From Gekko japonicus (lineage: Eukaryota): a DNA stretch of 63,408 nt. The translations under genes and the position numbers were made by a program. The stretch spans positions 122,447-185,854 of the forward strand of contig NW_015172050.1 in NCBI RefSeq assembly GCF_001447785.1. Direction: 5' to 3'. The notes beneath the pieces were generated by a model, which had not been told where the DNA came from, searched no databases, and was given only the letters and a program-made list of their open reading frames with translations. Position 1 is the stretch's first letter. Each line of letters begins with the position of its first letter. Shown piece after piece: positions 1-11,800 of the stretch.

Positions 1-498
1 ATTTCCTGCGGGAGCACACAGGAGCGGAGCTCCGGCAGTAAGGAGCTCAGGGGGCGGGCACATGCAACAAGCCCCGCCCCCTGCTCCCAGCAACCCTTAG
101 TCAGGCCAGGAGGAGCAAGAAGCAGCCAGGTAAGTTGCAGACACACACACCCCGGCCCGCCTTCAGGTGCAAGCTCTCCCTCCTCTTTGAGGGCAGATCT
201 GCACATCCCCTCCCAATAGCTAGCAATCCAAAAGAGTTCAGTGTCACCTTTAAGTCCAAGGTTTACTCAGGTACAAGCTCTCCCTCCTTTGCAAGGACAG
301 TTCTTCATGTCTCCCCCCCCCCCATAGCTAGCAATCCAAAACTGTCCAGTGGAGACTGAGCGGGGGGTGTTGCCCCCTGCCCCCATTCCGGTGAACACAC
401 TTCCGGTGATGTCAGGGGGTGTGGCATATGCAAATAAGTTATACTAATAAGTTATGCTAATGAGCTCCTGCACCTCTTTTTCTACAAAATGACCACTG
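1..498 (-). mobile_element. hAT-like MITE (CAGGGGTCATTT-TIR family), partial
   Basis: Reverse-complement homology to 33624-34396; ends aaatgaccactg. Confidence 0.7.
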
Positions 499-1124
499 CT
501 ATCATGTAATTTTTTGCACCGCTTAATGTGTGGTGCTCGTACTTACTCTTTGCTCCACTTCGGTCTTCAGATTCCTGATTGGGTCTACAACCCTAATCCT
601 ATTGCTTTGCCTATTGGAAAATCTCATCCGGTTGTTTGCACTGACTCACTCGGCATAATCTTGCCTTGAGGGCCAGTGAGGAAGGCAGACCATAAATAAC
701 ATACCAAATCTCTGCCCCAAAACTAGTGCCGCTATTTTATATGAAAAAAACCTAAGAAAAACACTGTAATATCTTATTGCAAGTACAACTAAATTTACCA
801 GTTCCACTGAACAAAATCTATAAAGGATCACAATTTGTTTAAGGCCTTCACAAAGTCCATCAAATGAAGAGATCAATATACAGTTACTGTTGATGATGTG
901 ACAGCAGAAATAAGTTCTTCACAGTAAGCATGCAGCTGTGTGACGCAACAACAGGCGCATCCGGATCTTGGAAGACCGCTTCAAATTAGAAATCCTTCCC
1001 CTCAAGGTCATACTGAGGAGCCAATGGCGTTATCAGTATTTCACGTGCAGAAAGAAATTCACGAATTTTGCAGGCATGTGTCCGCTGTCACATTACACGG
1101 CTGCATGCGGTGAAGAATTTGTTT

Positions 1125-1340
1125 CTACTGTAAAAACAATAGTAAAAAGCCCACTAGCACTTTTAAAACAAAAACTTTATTGTAGCATAAGTTTTTGAGA
1201 AACACAACTCTTCGTCAGATGCACGAAGAGAGCTGTGTTTCCCAAAAGCTTATGCTACAATAAAGTTTGTTAGTCCTAAAGATGCTACTGGGCTTTTTTA
1301 CTATTTTGCAGCAACAGACAAACATGGCTAACTTCTCTAA
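1125..1340. mobile_element. Inverted pair of Penelope-like element ends with degenerate hammerhead motifs
   Basis: Palindromic arrangement centred near 1220; CTGACGA-stem-(G)AAA-gctt-atgc relics. Confidence 0.7.
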
Positions 1341-1348
1341 ATCAACAA

Positions 1349-1790
1349 CTGTTGTTGTTGTTGTTCAGTCGCACAGTCGAGTCCGACTCTTCGCGACCCC
1401 ATGGATCATCTCCCGCCAGGCCCTCCTGTCTTCCGCCGTCCTCTGAAGTTGGCTCAATTTCATGTTCGTTGCATCGATGACACTGTCTAACCATCTCATC
1501 CTTTGCCTTCCCCGTCTTCTTTGACCTTCAATCTTTCCCAGCATCAGGGTCTTCTCCAGGGAGTGCTCCCTTCTCATTTGGTGGCCAAAGTATTTGAGCT
1601 TCAGTTTCATTATCGGGCCTTCCAGGGAACAGTCAGGGTTGATTTCTTTTAGGATTGACTGATTTGATCTCCTTGCAGTCCAAGGGACTCTCAAGAGTCT
1701 TCTCCAGCACCATAGTTCAAAAGAATCTATTCTTTGGCGCTCGGCCTTCCTTATAGTCCAACTCTCGCAGCCATACATGACTACTGGGAA
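1349..1790 (-). mobile_element. RTE-BovB LINE 3' fragment
   Basis: Open ORF FPVVMYGCESWT...FELWCWRRLLRVPWTARRSNQSILKEI...EKTLMLGKIEG...RWLD; (CAA)n tail. Confidence 0.95.
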
Positions 1791-2172
1791 TAACTGTATA
1801 TTGATCTCTTCATTCGATGGACTTTGTGAATGCCTTAAAACAAATTGTGATCCTTTATACATTTTGTTCACATTGGAACTGGTAAAGTTATTTGTACTTG
1901 TAATAAGGCATTACAGTCTTCTTTGTTTTTTCATTCTGTATACACTGTAAGTCCTGATTGTTTCAAGGTATTTTATATGAGGCAGTACCCGCCACCCCCA
2001 GCCTGTTACATGATATTTTAATGGAAAAGCAGAAGAGGATGGATTTTCTAGGCGCTTCCGTCAATAGTATTTCTAAGGTGGTGACATATACAGCAACCCC
2101 TTCCAAAGTTTCATTACCCAAGCCGGGTTAGGAAATTTCCATTACCACGTAGCTGGTTTATCTGGACATAGT

Positions 2173-2178
2173 TTTATT
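2173..2178 (-). promoter_or_regulatory. Candidate VAMP1 polyadenylation signal (AATAAA)
   Basis: tttatt on plus strand at the distal end of a non-repetitive UTR-like stretch; would give a ~3.7 kb 3' UTR. Another candidate lies near 3009. Confidence 0.4.
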
Positions 2179-4087
2179 TTGCTCACAATCAGGACCCAGA
2201 GAATTTGGGTGGCGGTGGATGAAAAGAAAGACAAGGGAAAAAAACAAATGAACAGAAGATTGCATTGTACCAGTAGGGTAAGTAAAGGCAGGAAAACTGG
2301 ACACACGGGAGCTAAGCATGAGACGGAAGGTCAGAGGCTACTCTGGACCCAACCCAACACAGGCCCCCAAGCCCACATCTGCTGTCAGCCAGTCCTGGCT
2401 GTTCAAAAGCATCCCCGCCACCCCACTTTATGGAGAAGGGTCCACACCAACCGCTGCCAGCCGTTGACACAATAAGTCCATACTATAACAGAACAACACT
2501 AGGTAGAAGTCCTCGAGTGCAGTCAACTGGGCAGGTCGGCTTACAGTCCGCCGAGCAGCTGCCCGGCTTTGGTGATACAGCCAACACTAGGGGCCCAAAT
2601 GCCAGGCCTGGAAGGTTCTTCTGCTCTTCTCCAGCTGTGGCATAAGCATCTCTGCCAGAAGCAGCGCATACACCAAGAGACGGTGACCCCCTCTCACGCA
2701 CCGGTCATTCCAGTCTGGTTCCTTTCTACTTTGCCACCCGCCAGGAGAAATCACCCTTCCTGCTCCAGCACTCAGACAAGCCAGACGCGTGTTTAAGGTG
2801 ACACACAGGAGTGTTTGTTAGTGGAGGTTGGCAGGAGTACATGAGGCGGGTTTGTTACACATGCCGGAGGAAGAGTTAACAGCTGCATTCGTCACAAAAA
2901 AGACAGGAAACCACACACGCGTGTGAGAAAGCGGCTGAAGTCCTTGTGCATAGAGAAAAAAACAGTCCCTTGCTTGAAGGTGCAGAGGGGCCCTGGGCAG
3001 GTGTATTATTTATTAATTCTTTTCCTTTTTTTTGCCCATGCATAAAGAGATGGAAGAGGTAGATGAGGGGGAGGGGAGAAGAGGCTACACACAACACCTA
3101 TGAGAACGAATGAGAAGAAAACAGAACAAGGATTCTCCCCCGGGGGGGGGGGGAGAGACAGCAGCAGCAGAGCGGACCAAAAAAATCTCGTCCAAGAGAG
3201 ATGGAGAGGGGGCCTGTTATACTTTACTGTGCTTCCTTGCCATCCAAACCCAGCTTCCCGACGGTCGTCGTACGCCTGCCAGCACAGCTCCACTGAGAGT
3301 CGTCCAAAGACGTTGGCAGCTTTGTTCCTGTTCTTCTCCGTCCTCCACCGCCTCCCCCAAGGTGGAGAAAGAGATGGGGAATCGCAGGGCGATGGACTTG
3401 GCGAGTGAAATGCATGCGCATGACAGCAGACATTAAAAAAAAATCAGCACCTGCGCGGCATGCTCTGAGACGCTAGTCCAAGTACATCTCGATTTAGGCA
3501 ACTCGGGGACCAGACAAAACCCGCTCTGAAGGCAGGTTTACCCACCCCTTCCCTGGAAGATTACTCGCTCCTCCATTTCCTCCAACCATATTCTCTACCT
3601 TGCTGCTTGAGTAGAATTTTATCTTTGGCATCCTCTGCGTGGCGCTTACCTGGCAATTACCCATGGGCTGAATGGCCCTCACAAGCCAGGTTTCATAGCT
3701 GTCCGCTGAGCAGGTGCCCCTATGCAGGAGCCTGGGCAAGCTCACCCTTACAGACTGGCATTTCTTGCAACACGGAATAATGCACTCTCCCTGTGACATG
3801 GTTGGTAACCAAGCAGGTACTCACGCGTGCATGCTCACCACCAAAAATATCTCCAAAGTGATGGCCTGGGCGTGGAACTGCTAGCCCTGGACATTCTGTC
3901 TCTAACTTGAGACCGATATATATTTTAGAATTAGGAGTCTAATCCTGCTGTAGGAGCCTTCAGAAAGCAAAGCTTACGAGGACTCCTGCATCTCTTAGAC
4001 CTGCAGAGGTCCTGGGATCTGCACGGCTTTAGAGGAGCAGCTCCGCTTGCTCTCCCGGTTATGTACATAGCAAGCCATGCTGATCCG

Positions 4088-4301
4088 CAGGCCCGTAGCT
4101 ACAGTGGGGGCATTTTGGGGCCCGGCCCCCCTGACTTACCACCAAGGCCCCTCCACTTCCCATCCAGCCCAGGCCTCCCAACTTCCAATTTTTTATTTTA
4201 TTTGTGGTGCTCCCAGGTGTGTGTGGGTGTGTCTGCGCGGGGTGCCCCTTGACTTATTTAAAGAACCCCCCCGAATTAAAAAAATCCTGGCTACAGGCCT
4301 G
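4088..4301 (+). mobile_element. hAT-like MITE (CAGGCCCGTAGC TIR); relatives at 8659-8826 and 26013-26589
   Basis: TIR caggcccgtagc/gctacaggcctg; 8-bp TSD ctgatccg/ctgatcca. Confidence 0.8.
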
Positions 4302-5069
4302 CTGATCCAGCTATGCGTCCCTATCCACCCATCAGAGGAGCCAAAAGCAAGGCCAGAGAGGGGCATAATTTTACCCCACCTCTTGGTTTCTACAAGGAAC
4401 GCAGACCTTGCTTCAGTTGCCCCCAACCATGGATGCCGGGCGAACTGGGAAGAACAGCAGCCGTGGGAAAAGCCCCCTTCCGCCTTTCCCAAGGATGGAG
4501 GGATAAAAGAACCTGCCTAGCCAGCCCCAGGCAGCTTGGAAAGGTGACTCCTTTGCCATTCAGGGGTGAGGCAGGGGGTACTGGCTAGCAGCGGCCATTC
4601 ACCCCCCACTCCAGGGGATAAGGGGACAGCCCTCACCAAGGCTTGCCAGCTCAAAGATGGGAACTACCTGGAGACTCTGGGGGCGGAGCCTGAGGAAGGT
4701 GGGGCTTGCGGAGGGGAGGGACTTCAGTGGGACCTAATGCCACAGAGTCCACCCTTCCAAAGCAGCCGTTTCCTCCGGGGGAACTGATCTCTGCTGCCTA
4801 GGGATCAGTTGGGATCCCAGGAGATCTCTAGCCACCACTTGGGAGCTTGGCAACTCTACCCTCACGTGAGGCTGGAGTGGCTCCAGCCAGGGGAGCAGAC
4901 CCTACAGGCCAGCGGCCCTAGCCCAGGGGCATTAACGCACCCCCCGCATGGCCCCGGAATCGAAGACCTCCTTGTCGTGATGTCAACAGTAAGAGAGGGT
5001 TCACCAGATCTTACACAGTCATCAGAAGCTTAGAGCTCATAAGGTTGAAAGGAAAACCCCACCGCTGTA

Positions 5070-5235
5070 GCCCTGATCTGAATTAGCCCAGGCTACCCCG
5101 ATCTTGCCAGATCTCGGAAGCTAAGCAGGGTTGGCCCCGGCAAGTACTCGGAAAGGAGACCCTCCAAGGGATACCAGGGCTGCAACGCAGAGGCAAGCAA
5201 TGGCAAACCGCCTCTGAAACGTCTCTCGCCTTAGA
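5070..5235 (+). mobile_element. 5S rRNA-derived SINE with RTE-like tail; further copies at approx. 6357-6540, 10277-10980 (split by CR1), 14310-14505, 19045-19203, 34540-34720, 36460-36655, 45910-46090, 48527-48718, 58793-58940
   Basis: 5S-like core gatctcggaagctaagcagggt...agtact.gga.gggagacc followed by gcaatggcaaacc tail. Confidence 0.8.
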
Positions 5236-5858
5236 AACAAGTCTAGCTCCGCCACCTAGTGGTGCATAACACTAAGGAGCTAGAACTCCTAACTGCCAGA
5301 CAATCTTAGGATCTCCTGGCTAGACTACACACAATCCCATACAGTAATTAATTAATTCCACTCCTGTGGTCACAACATTGGGGACCTCCACTGTGGGGAG
5401 AGGGCCAGGCCTCTTCCTGCACCCCCGATTCCTACCTTGTCCTTCCGAGCAACAGCATCAAGGTCAGGCCGAACAAAATTGCCCTGAAGCACCAGGGTAA
5501 GAAGAAGCGGAGAGCGGAAACTCGCATGGAAACTGAAACCCGCATATAATCGGCAGAGTCTTACCGGCCAACCCACTCACCCCCCATCCACGTCTACGAG
5601 GCCCCATTGCTACTTTCAAAAAAATAAACAGAAGAGCTGGTTCTCTCAGGGGTGGCGGCAGCTATGAAGGGGGTTCAACTGAAATCCAGGAAGAGCACAT
5701 TGGTGTCTCTATGGAAGGCAAGCAAAAGTAAACGGGGGCACCGATGAGGAAGCCGGAATGACGGGGAGAAGGGAAGAGAAAGGGGAGAGGGGGCGGGGCT
5801 AGGAAAGGGAGGACGGGGGAGGAGGCGGCAGACTGGAGGGAAGAGGGGAACCACGTTT

Positions 5859-5875
5859 TCAGGTAAAAAAATAAA
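5859..5875 (-). CDS. VAMP1: VAMP1 exon 5 coding part (LYFFT*)
   Basis: ccgcag|TT TAT TTT TTT ACC TGA. Confidence 0.93.
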
Positions 5876-8800
5876 CTGCGGACAGGAGATGGAAAAGAAG
5901 AGAGAGAACAAGAGGGCACATTACACCAGACGTCCCACACTCCAGGCCGCCGGAAGATCCGGGGAAGGAAGGCCCACACCCTCCCCTCCCCATCCTCCGG
6001 CCTTCCCTTCAGCAGAGAAAGACACCCTAAAGGGTAACGTGACCCCTTCACGGATTTGCTGATCTCGGCTACCACCCGGAGGAGGAGAAAGCCGGCAGAC
6101 GTTGTTTCCCCTGCACCCGTGGCCGGCAGGCAGATGGGCCCCTGCTGTCCAGAGCTTGCGGCTCAGTCGCCCGGCTCCCCGTAGTACTTACGTGCAATTG
6201 CAATCACCACGATAGCGCAGATCACTCCCAGCATGATCATCATCTGGAGAGAAGAGTCGCCGGGTTAGACACAGCCCTTCGTCTACAGCGCAACTCTCTC
6301 CATCTTTAAGGGTCATTCACGCTCGACTCCAAAGCCCCCTTCCCCCACCCCGGATACTAGCCCAGGCAAGCCCGATCTCGTCAGAGCTCAGAAGCTAAGC
6401 AGGGCCAATCCTGGCGAGTACTTGGGTGGGAGACCTCCAAGGAATAACAGGGCTGGGAGGCAGAGGCAGGGAATCGCAAGCCAGCTCTCTGAAACGTCCG
6501 GGGTCGCCAGGAGTCAACCATGACTCAACCACAGGCACACTCACAAAAGAAAAAATACAAAAAATGTTCTCTCAAAGCTCCCCCCCCCCAAAAAAAAACA
6601 CCTCCCCCCATGTTCAGACAGTCTCCTTCTGAAGTCTCTCAAGAGACCCTCTCACACAAGGCAACTCAACACGTCACCCATTATCGGGCTTGCCTTAACC
6701 CAACTCAGATCACTGGTCTATCCAGTTCTCTACTGATCCCCAACAGCAGTCCCCCTAAGGCGTACTATTTCCCAGTCCTGTCCAACCCAGGCCAGGCGCC
6801 AGAATGCTGCCGTCCGCTCAGAACGGTGGCTCGACCCGGCCTCTTGAACGCTCACCTTACAGTTTTTCCACCAGTACTTCCTCTTGAGAGCTGCTGCGCT
6901 ACTTTCAAACACCTGGGCCCCAGCTTGGAGGGCATCCGCTCGCTCGTCGAGTTCTGATAGCTTCTGGTCTCGCTCCAAGACTTTGTCCACATTCACGCGC
7001 ATGATATCCACCACCTGGAGAACGAAAAGGGGCCGTTCTGTCTCTTTTCCTCTCAAGGGCCAAGGCAGTCCCCACATGAGGATGCTTCATACCGAGTCAG
7101 ACCACTGGTCCATCGAGGTCAGTATTTTTTTTTCCATTTTTTTTTCAGTTTTTCACACATATAACATTTCAGTTTCTCAGATTACATAAATTTTTAGAGT
7201 TGTTAACACAAGTTGCAAGTTTTATACGCCTTATTACATAGTTATTTATACAACCATTTCATCTTTTATCCATTTATATACCCTTATCCATCTGTTATCC
7301 AGTATACTTTGATCTTTACCTTGGAGAATTAAACTCAGACCGTCCATTTGTGCTAATTCTAAGATTTTTGCTATTAGGTCCTCCTTAGAGGGTATTTTAT
7401 CTGTTTTCCAGTTTTTGGCCACAAGAATTCGTGCCGCCGTTATAATATATACTATTAGGTATATGTCTTGTTTTCCATAACCTTTTGGGACCATATTCAG
7501 TAGATAAATCTCCGGAGTTAACTCAACTTCTACATTCAATATTTCTACCATAATTCTATATACCATTTTCCAATACTTTTGAATTTCACTACATTTCCAC
7601 CACATGTGGTAGAAGGTCCCCACATTCGCTTTACATTTCCAACATATGTTGGATGCTTGTGGATAGCACCAATACCACCTATGGAACATTTTGTAAATAT
7701 TTTCTTTGTAGGAAATGGCCCTCATAAATTTGATAGATTTCCATATTGTGTCCCATTGTTCAAATTCCATCTCCTTTCCCAGGTCTTGCATCCACGAGAA
7801 CATGACAGCTTTAACATTTTCATCTAACTCGTAATCGTCTAATAAAAACCTATACAACTTCTGAATTAGCTTGTCACTGTATGATAGCCAAATCTTGCCC
7901 AGTTGATTATTTTTATCCTCAAATCCTCTTATTTTATCTTTACCGTATCTATCTTGTAGGAGGTTTTGTTCCCACCATGCTAAACTAATTTGATGTTCAC
8001 TATTCAATTTTTCTTCTGTTTTTATATTATCGTTTCTTTCTAATAGTATGTTGTAGTTAACTATCTTATTTGATGACAAAAGTGAAGGTTTCACGAAAGC
8101 TTCCAGTAGCGATGCCCATCTTGGTACTTTTCTATAAAATCTCCTTTTTATATCACTCCAAACTTTATTTAATGCTCCTCTTAATACATGGCGATTAAAG
8201 ATTTTATGATTTTTTTCCTTTTTGTACCATACGTACGCGTGCCAGCCCATATAAAGATCATGACCTTCTAAGGCAAAGTCCTGGTATCTTCCAGTAATAT
8301 CCATTCTCTTATCCAAGTTAGGGTGGCTGCCTGATAGTACAAAGTCCCATTAGGAATGCTCATTCCTCCTCTTTCTTTTCTATCCTGTAGAACTTTCCAT
8401 TTGATTCTTGCTCTTTTAGGACACCAGATAAACTTTCTAGTAATCCTATCTAGCTCTGTAAAGTATTTTAAATTCTTTAAGATAGGAATATTTTGGGCTA
8501 GAAACAGGAATCTAGGAAGTACATTCATTTTTATTGTCGCAATTTTGCCCATCGAGGTCAGTATTGTCTACTCAAACCGGCCGCAGCTCTCCAGGGCCTC
8601 AGGCGAAGGTCTTTCCCATCACCTGCTGCCTGATCTTTAACTGGAGATTGCGGGGGATCAGGCCCGTAGCCAGGATTTTTTTAATTCGGGGGGGGGCTTT
8701 AAATAAGTCAGGGGGCACCCTGCACACACACCCAAGGGAAGCGCCTGTGCTGGATGGGAAGTGGGGGGCCTTGGCAGTAAGTCAGGGGGCCAGGCCCCGA

Positions 8801-11800
8801 GGTGCCCCACTGTAGCTAAGGGCCTGCCAGGGATTGAACCGGGGAACTTCCGCATGCCAAGCAGATGCTCTGCCACTGAGCGCAGCTTCGCTCCTCCCCT
8901 CTACCAACTTACTTCCTCTACTTGGGCTTGAGTCTGTTGCAGACGGCGATTGCTGGTCAAGTTTGGAGGCTGCCCCGGGGCGCCTCCTGCCCCATCACCA
9001 CCTTCTCCTGCCCCAGGGGCAGGTTGCTGAGCTGGGTCAGACCTGGGGAAACAAAAAAAAAGAAAAGAAAGGTCGCAGCTGTCAATCCTCAGTATTCGCA
9101 GATCGAGATCGGGAACCAAACAACTATGAAAGGAGGCAGTCCTGGGTATTGCACAGCAAGCAGCCTGAGGCAGCCAAGGATATCAGAACCAGAAGAGGTA
9201 CAGAAGGCCAAGATGACCAGGAGGAAAGGACAACTAAAGGGCACTGTGAAAGGAATTTAGAAGACTGCACACTGCATGGTGTAAGATCAAGATAGGTAGT
9301 CATGCTAGTCTGCCTGTAGCAGTAGAAAAGAGTAATAGTCCAGTGGCACCAGAAACACTAACAAAATTTGTGGCAGGGGGTGAGCTTTTGTGCATCACTG
9401 CTCACTTCATCAGATACATTTCACACAGTTGATGGGTTTCCATTCTGTACGGCTAAATATGGTGCCTTCCATGGAGACAGATCAAGGTGGGTAGCTGCGT
9501 TAGTCTGTTGGTAGCAGTAGAAAAGAGCAAGATTCCAGTAGCACCTTAAAGACTAACAAAATTTGTGGCAGGGTATGAGCTTTTGTGAGTCATGGCTCGC
9601 TTCTTCCGATACGGTTCACACGGTTGATGGGTTTCCATTCTGTACGGCCAAATGTGGTGCCTTCCGTGGAGATAGATCAAGACTGGGTAAGCCGTAATAG
9701 TCTATCTGCAGTAGTAAAAAAAGAGCAAGATTCCAGTAGCACCTTAAAGACGAACAACATTTGTGGCGGGGTATGAGCTTTTGTGAGTCATGGCTCACTT
9801 CTTCCGATACGGTTCACACGGTTGATGGGTTTCCATTCTGTACGGCTCAATGTGGTGCCTTCCATGGAGACAGATCAAGACTGGGTAAGCCGTGTTAGGT
9901 CTATCTGCAGCAGTAAAAAAGAGCAAAGAGTCCAGTAGCACCTTAAAGATGAACAACATTTGTGGCAGGAGACAAGCTTCCGTGAGTCACTGCTCACTTC
10001 TTCCGATACATTTCACAAGACTGATGGGTTTCCATTCTGTACGGCTCAATGTGGTGCCTTCCACGGAGACAGATGGGTAGGCGTGTTAGACCGTCGACGG
10101 CAGCGGAAAAGAGCAAGAGTCCGGTAGCACCTTAAAGACTAAAAAAAACTGCGGTAGGGTATGAGCTTTCGTGAGTCACTGCTCACTTCAGGTATCTTCA
10201 GGCATCTGAGGAAGTGAGCGGTGACTCACGCTACTGGATTCTTACTCTTTCCTAGTGTGGTGTAAGTGGAGGGTTTTCCCTGACCTGGATGGCCCTGGCT
10301 AACCTGCTACCATCAGAGCTTGGAAGCTAAGCTGGTTACTGCTTGGACAGGAGACCACCGAGGAATTCCAGGGTCTCCGCGCAGAGGCAGGTGATAAGAA
10401 CATAAGAGATGCCAATGTTGGATCAGGCCAAAGGCCCATCCAGGCCAACACTCTGTATCACACAGTGGCCAGAAATACCAGGTGCCATCAGGAGGTCCAC
10501 CACTGGGACCAGGACATTAGAAGCCCTCCCACTGTTGACCCCCCCCCCCAAGCACCAAGAAGACAGAGCATCACTTGCCCCAGAGCCCCTATCTATACCT
10601 TGTGGCTAATAGCCACTGCTGGACCTCTGCTCCATATGCTTATCTAATTCCCTTTTGCAGCCGTCCATGCTTGTAGCCGCCACCATTTCCTGTGGCAGGG
10701 AATTCCAAGTGTTAATCACTCTTTGGGTGAAGAAGTACTTCCTTTTATCCATTCTAACCCAACCGCTCAGCAGTTTCATGGAGTGCCGACGAGTTCTTGT
10801 ATTGTGAGAAAGGGAGAAAAGTACCTCTTTCTCTACCTGCTCTTTCCCATGCATAATCTTATAAACCTCAATCATGTCTCCCCTCAGTCGTCGTGATGAC
10901 ACAACCACCTCTGAACATTCCTTGCCCCGAAAAGCCTATGGAGTAAGTCGGCTGCAACTGGACAGCACTTTTCACCGCCAAGCGGAGAGTTCATCCTCTT
11001 AGTATGGGAATTCAGGGCCACACAACGACATGGACTGACAGCACATCCTTCAGACCGGGCGTAATCAACTCATGAAATGCAGCAATACAAGAACCATTAG
11101 GATGAATCCCCTATGGGCCATAACCAGATGTCCCTGCTCAAAGGAATACTTTTTCTGGCCACAAGGTGTTGAAGGCCTGTCTGCCTCTGTAACCTTTGAG
11201 TGCTTCCTGGCTGCCCAACCTTGGCGATAGAATGCAGGACCTGACGTCCCATCCGTCCAAACCAGCAGGGCTCTTTCAAACCCGAGAAGGAAGGCAGCAG
11301 AGATTACAGGAATACAAAAGTTAGCCAAGTAGGGTTCATCAGACCCCACAGAAAGAAACCGAGGGGAAGCGACGCGACTGTGTCGTGCCCATCTCGCAAA
11401 GAGCTTTGCCGGGTGCAACTTTCTCCTTAACGTGGGAAAGACAGGTAAGGCAACACAGAGGTGCCAAGAGCCATCACAGAATCGTAGGCCTGAAAGCCAC
11501 CACCCTTCAAACTGCATCTGAGCCAGCAAGTTGCGGGGACGGGACGGGACAAGCCTGCCATTCTCAGCCTCCCTGATCCCCTCGGCATTATGGAAACAGC
11601 CGGTCTAGCAAACAGGGCCAGGGCGAGAATCACAAAGAGAACAAACAGGAAGCACTCCGATACTCGGAAATGCACCCTGTTTGCCTTGCCGGAATCGTTA
11701 GCCGCAAGCTCCTCGGGTCCTTGCTGCAAACAAGGTCACAGAGAGAGCGAGAGGATGCCTCCTTTTTACCATCGTCCCAGGAAGCCAGGCAGGAGCTCAG

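Larger units (their letters stand above)
760..1920. repeat. ~130-bp inverted repeat arms (760-890 and 1791-1920) enclosing nested insertions
   Basis: The arms are reverse complements (...gatcacaatttgttttaagg...gaagagatcaatatacagtta versus taactgtatattgatctcttc...). Confidence 0.7.

Noticed and set aside
5070-5180. 5S rRNA gene (also other 5S-like and tRNA-like hits)
   Set aside because: Diverged and fused to SINE tails; these are SINE heads, not functional RNA genes
9285-10250. CRISPR-like interpretation of the tandem array
   Set aside because: Eukaryotic DNA; the spacers are copies of each other rather than unique; no cas genes
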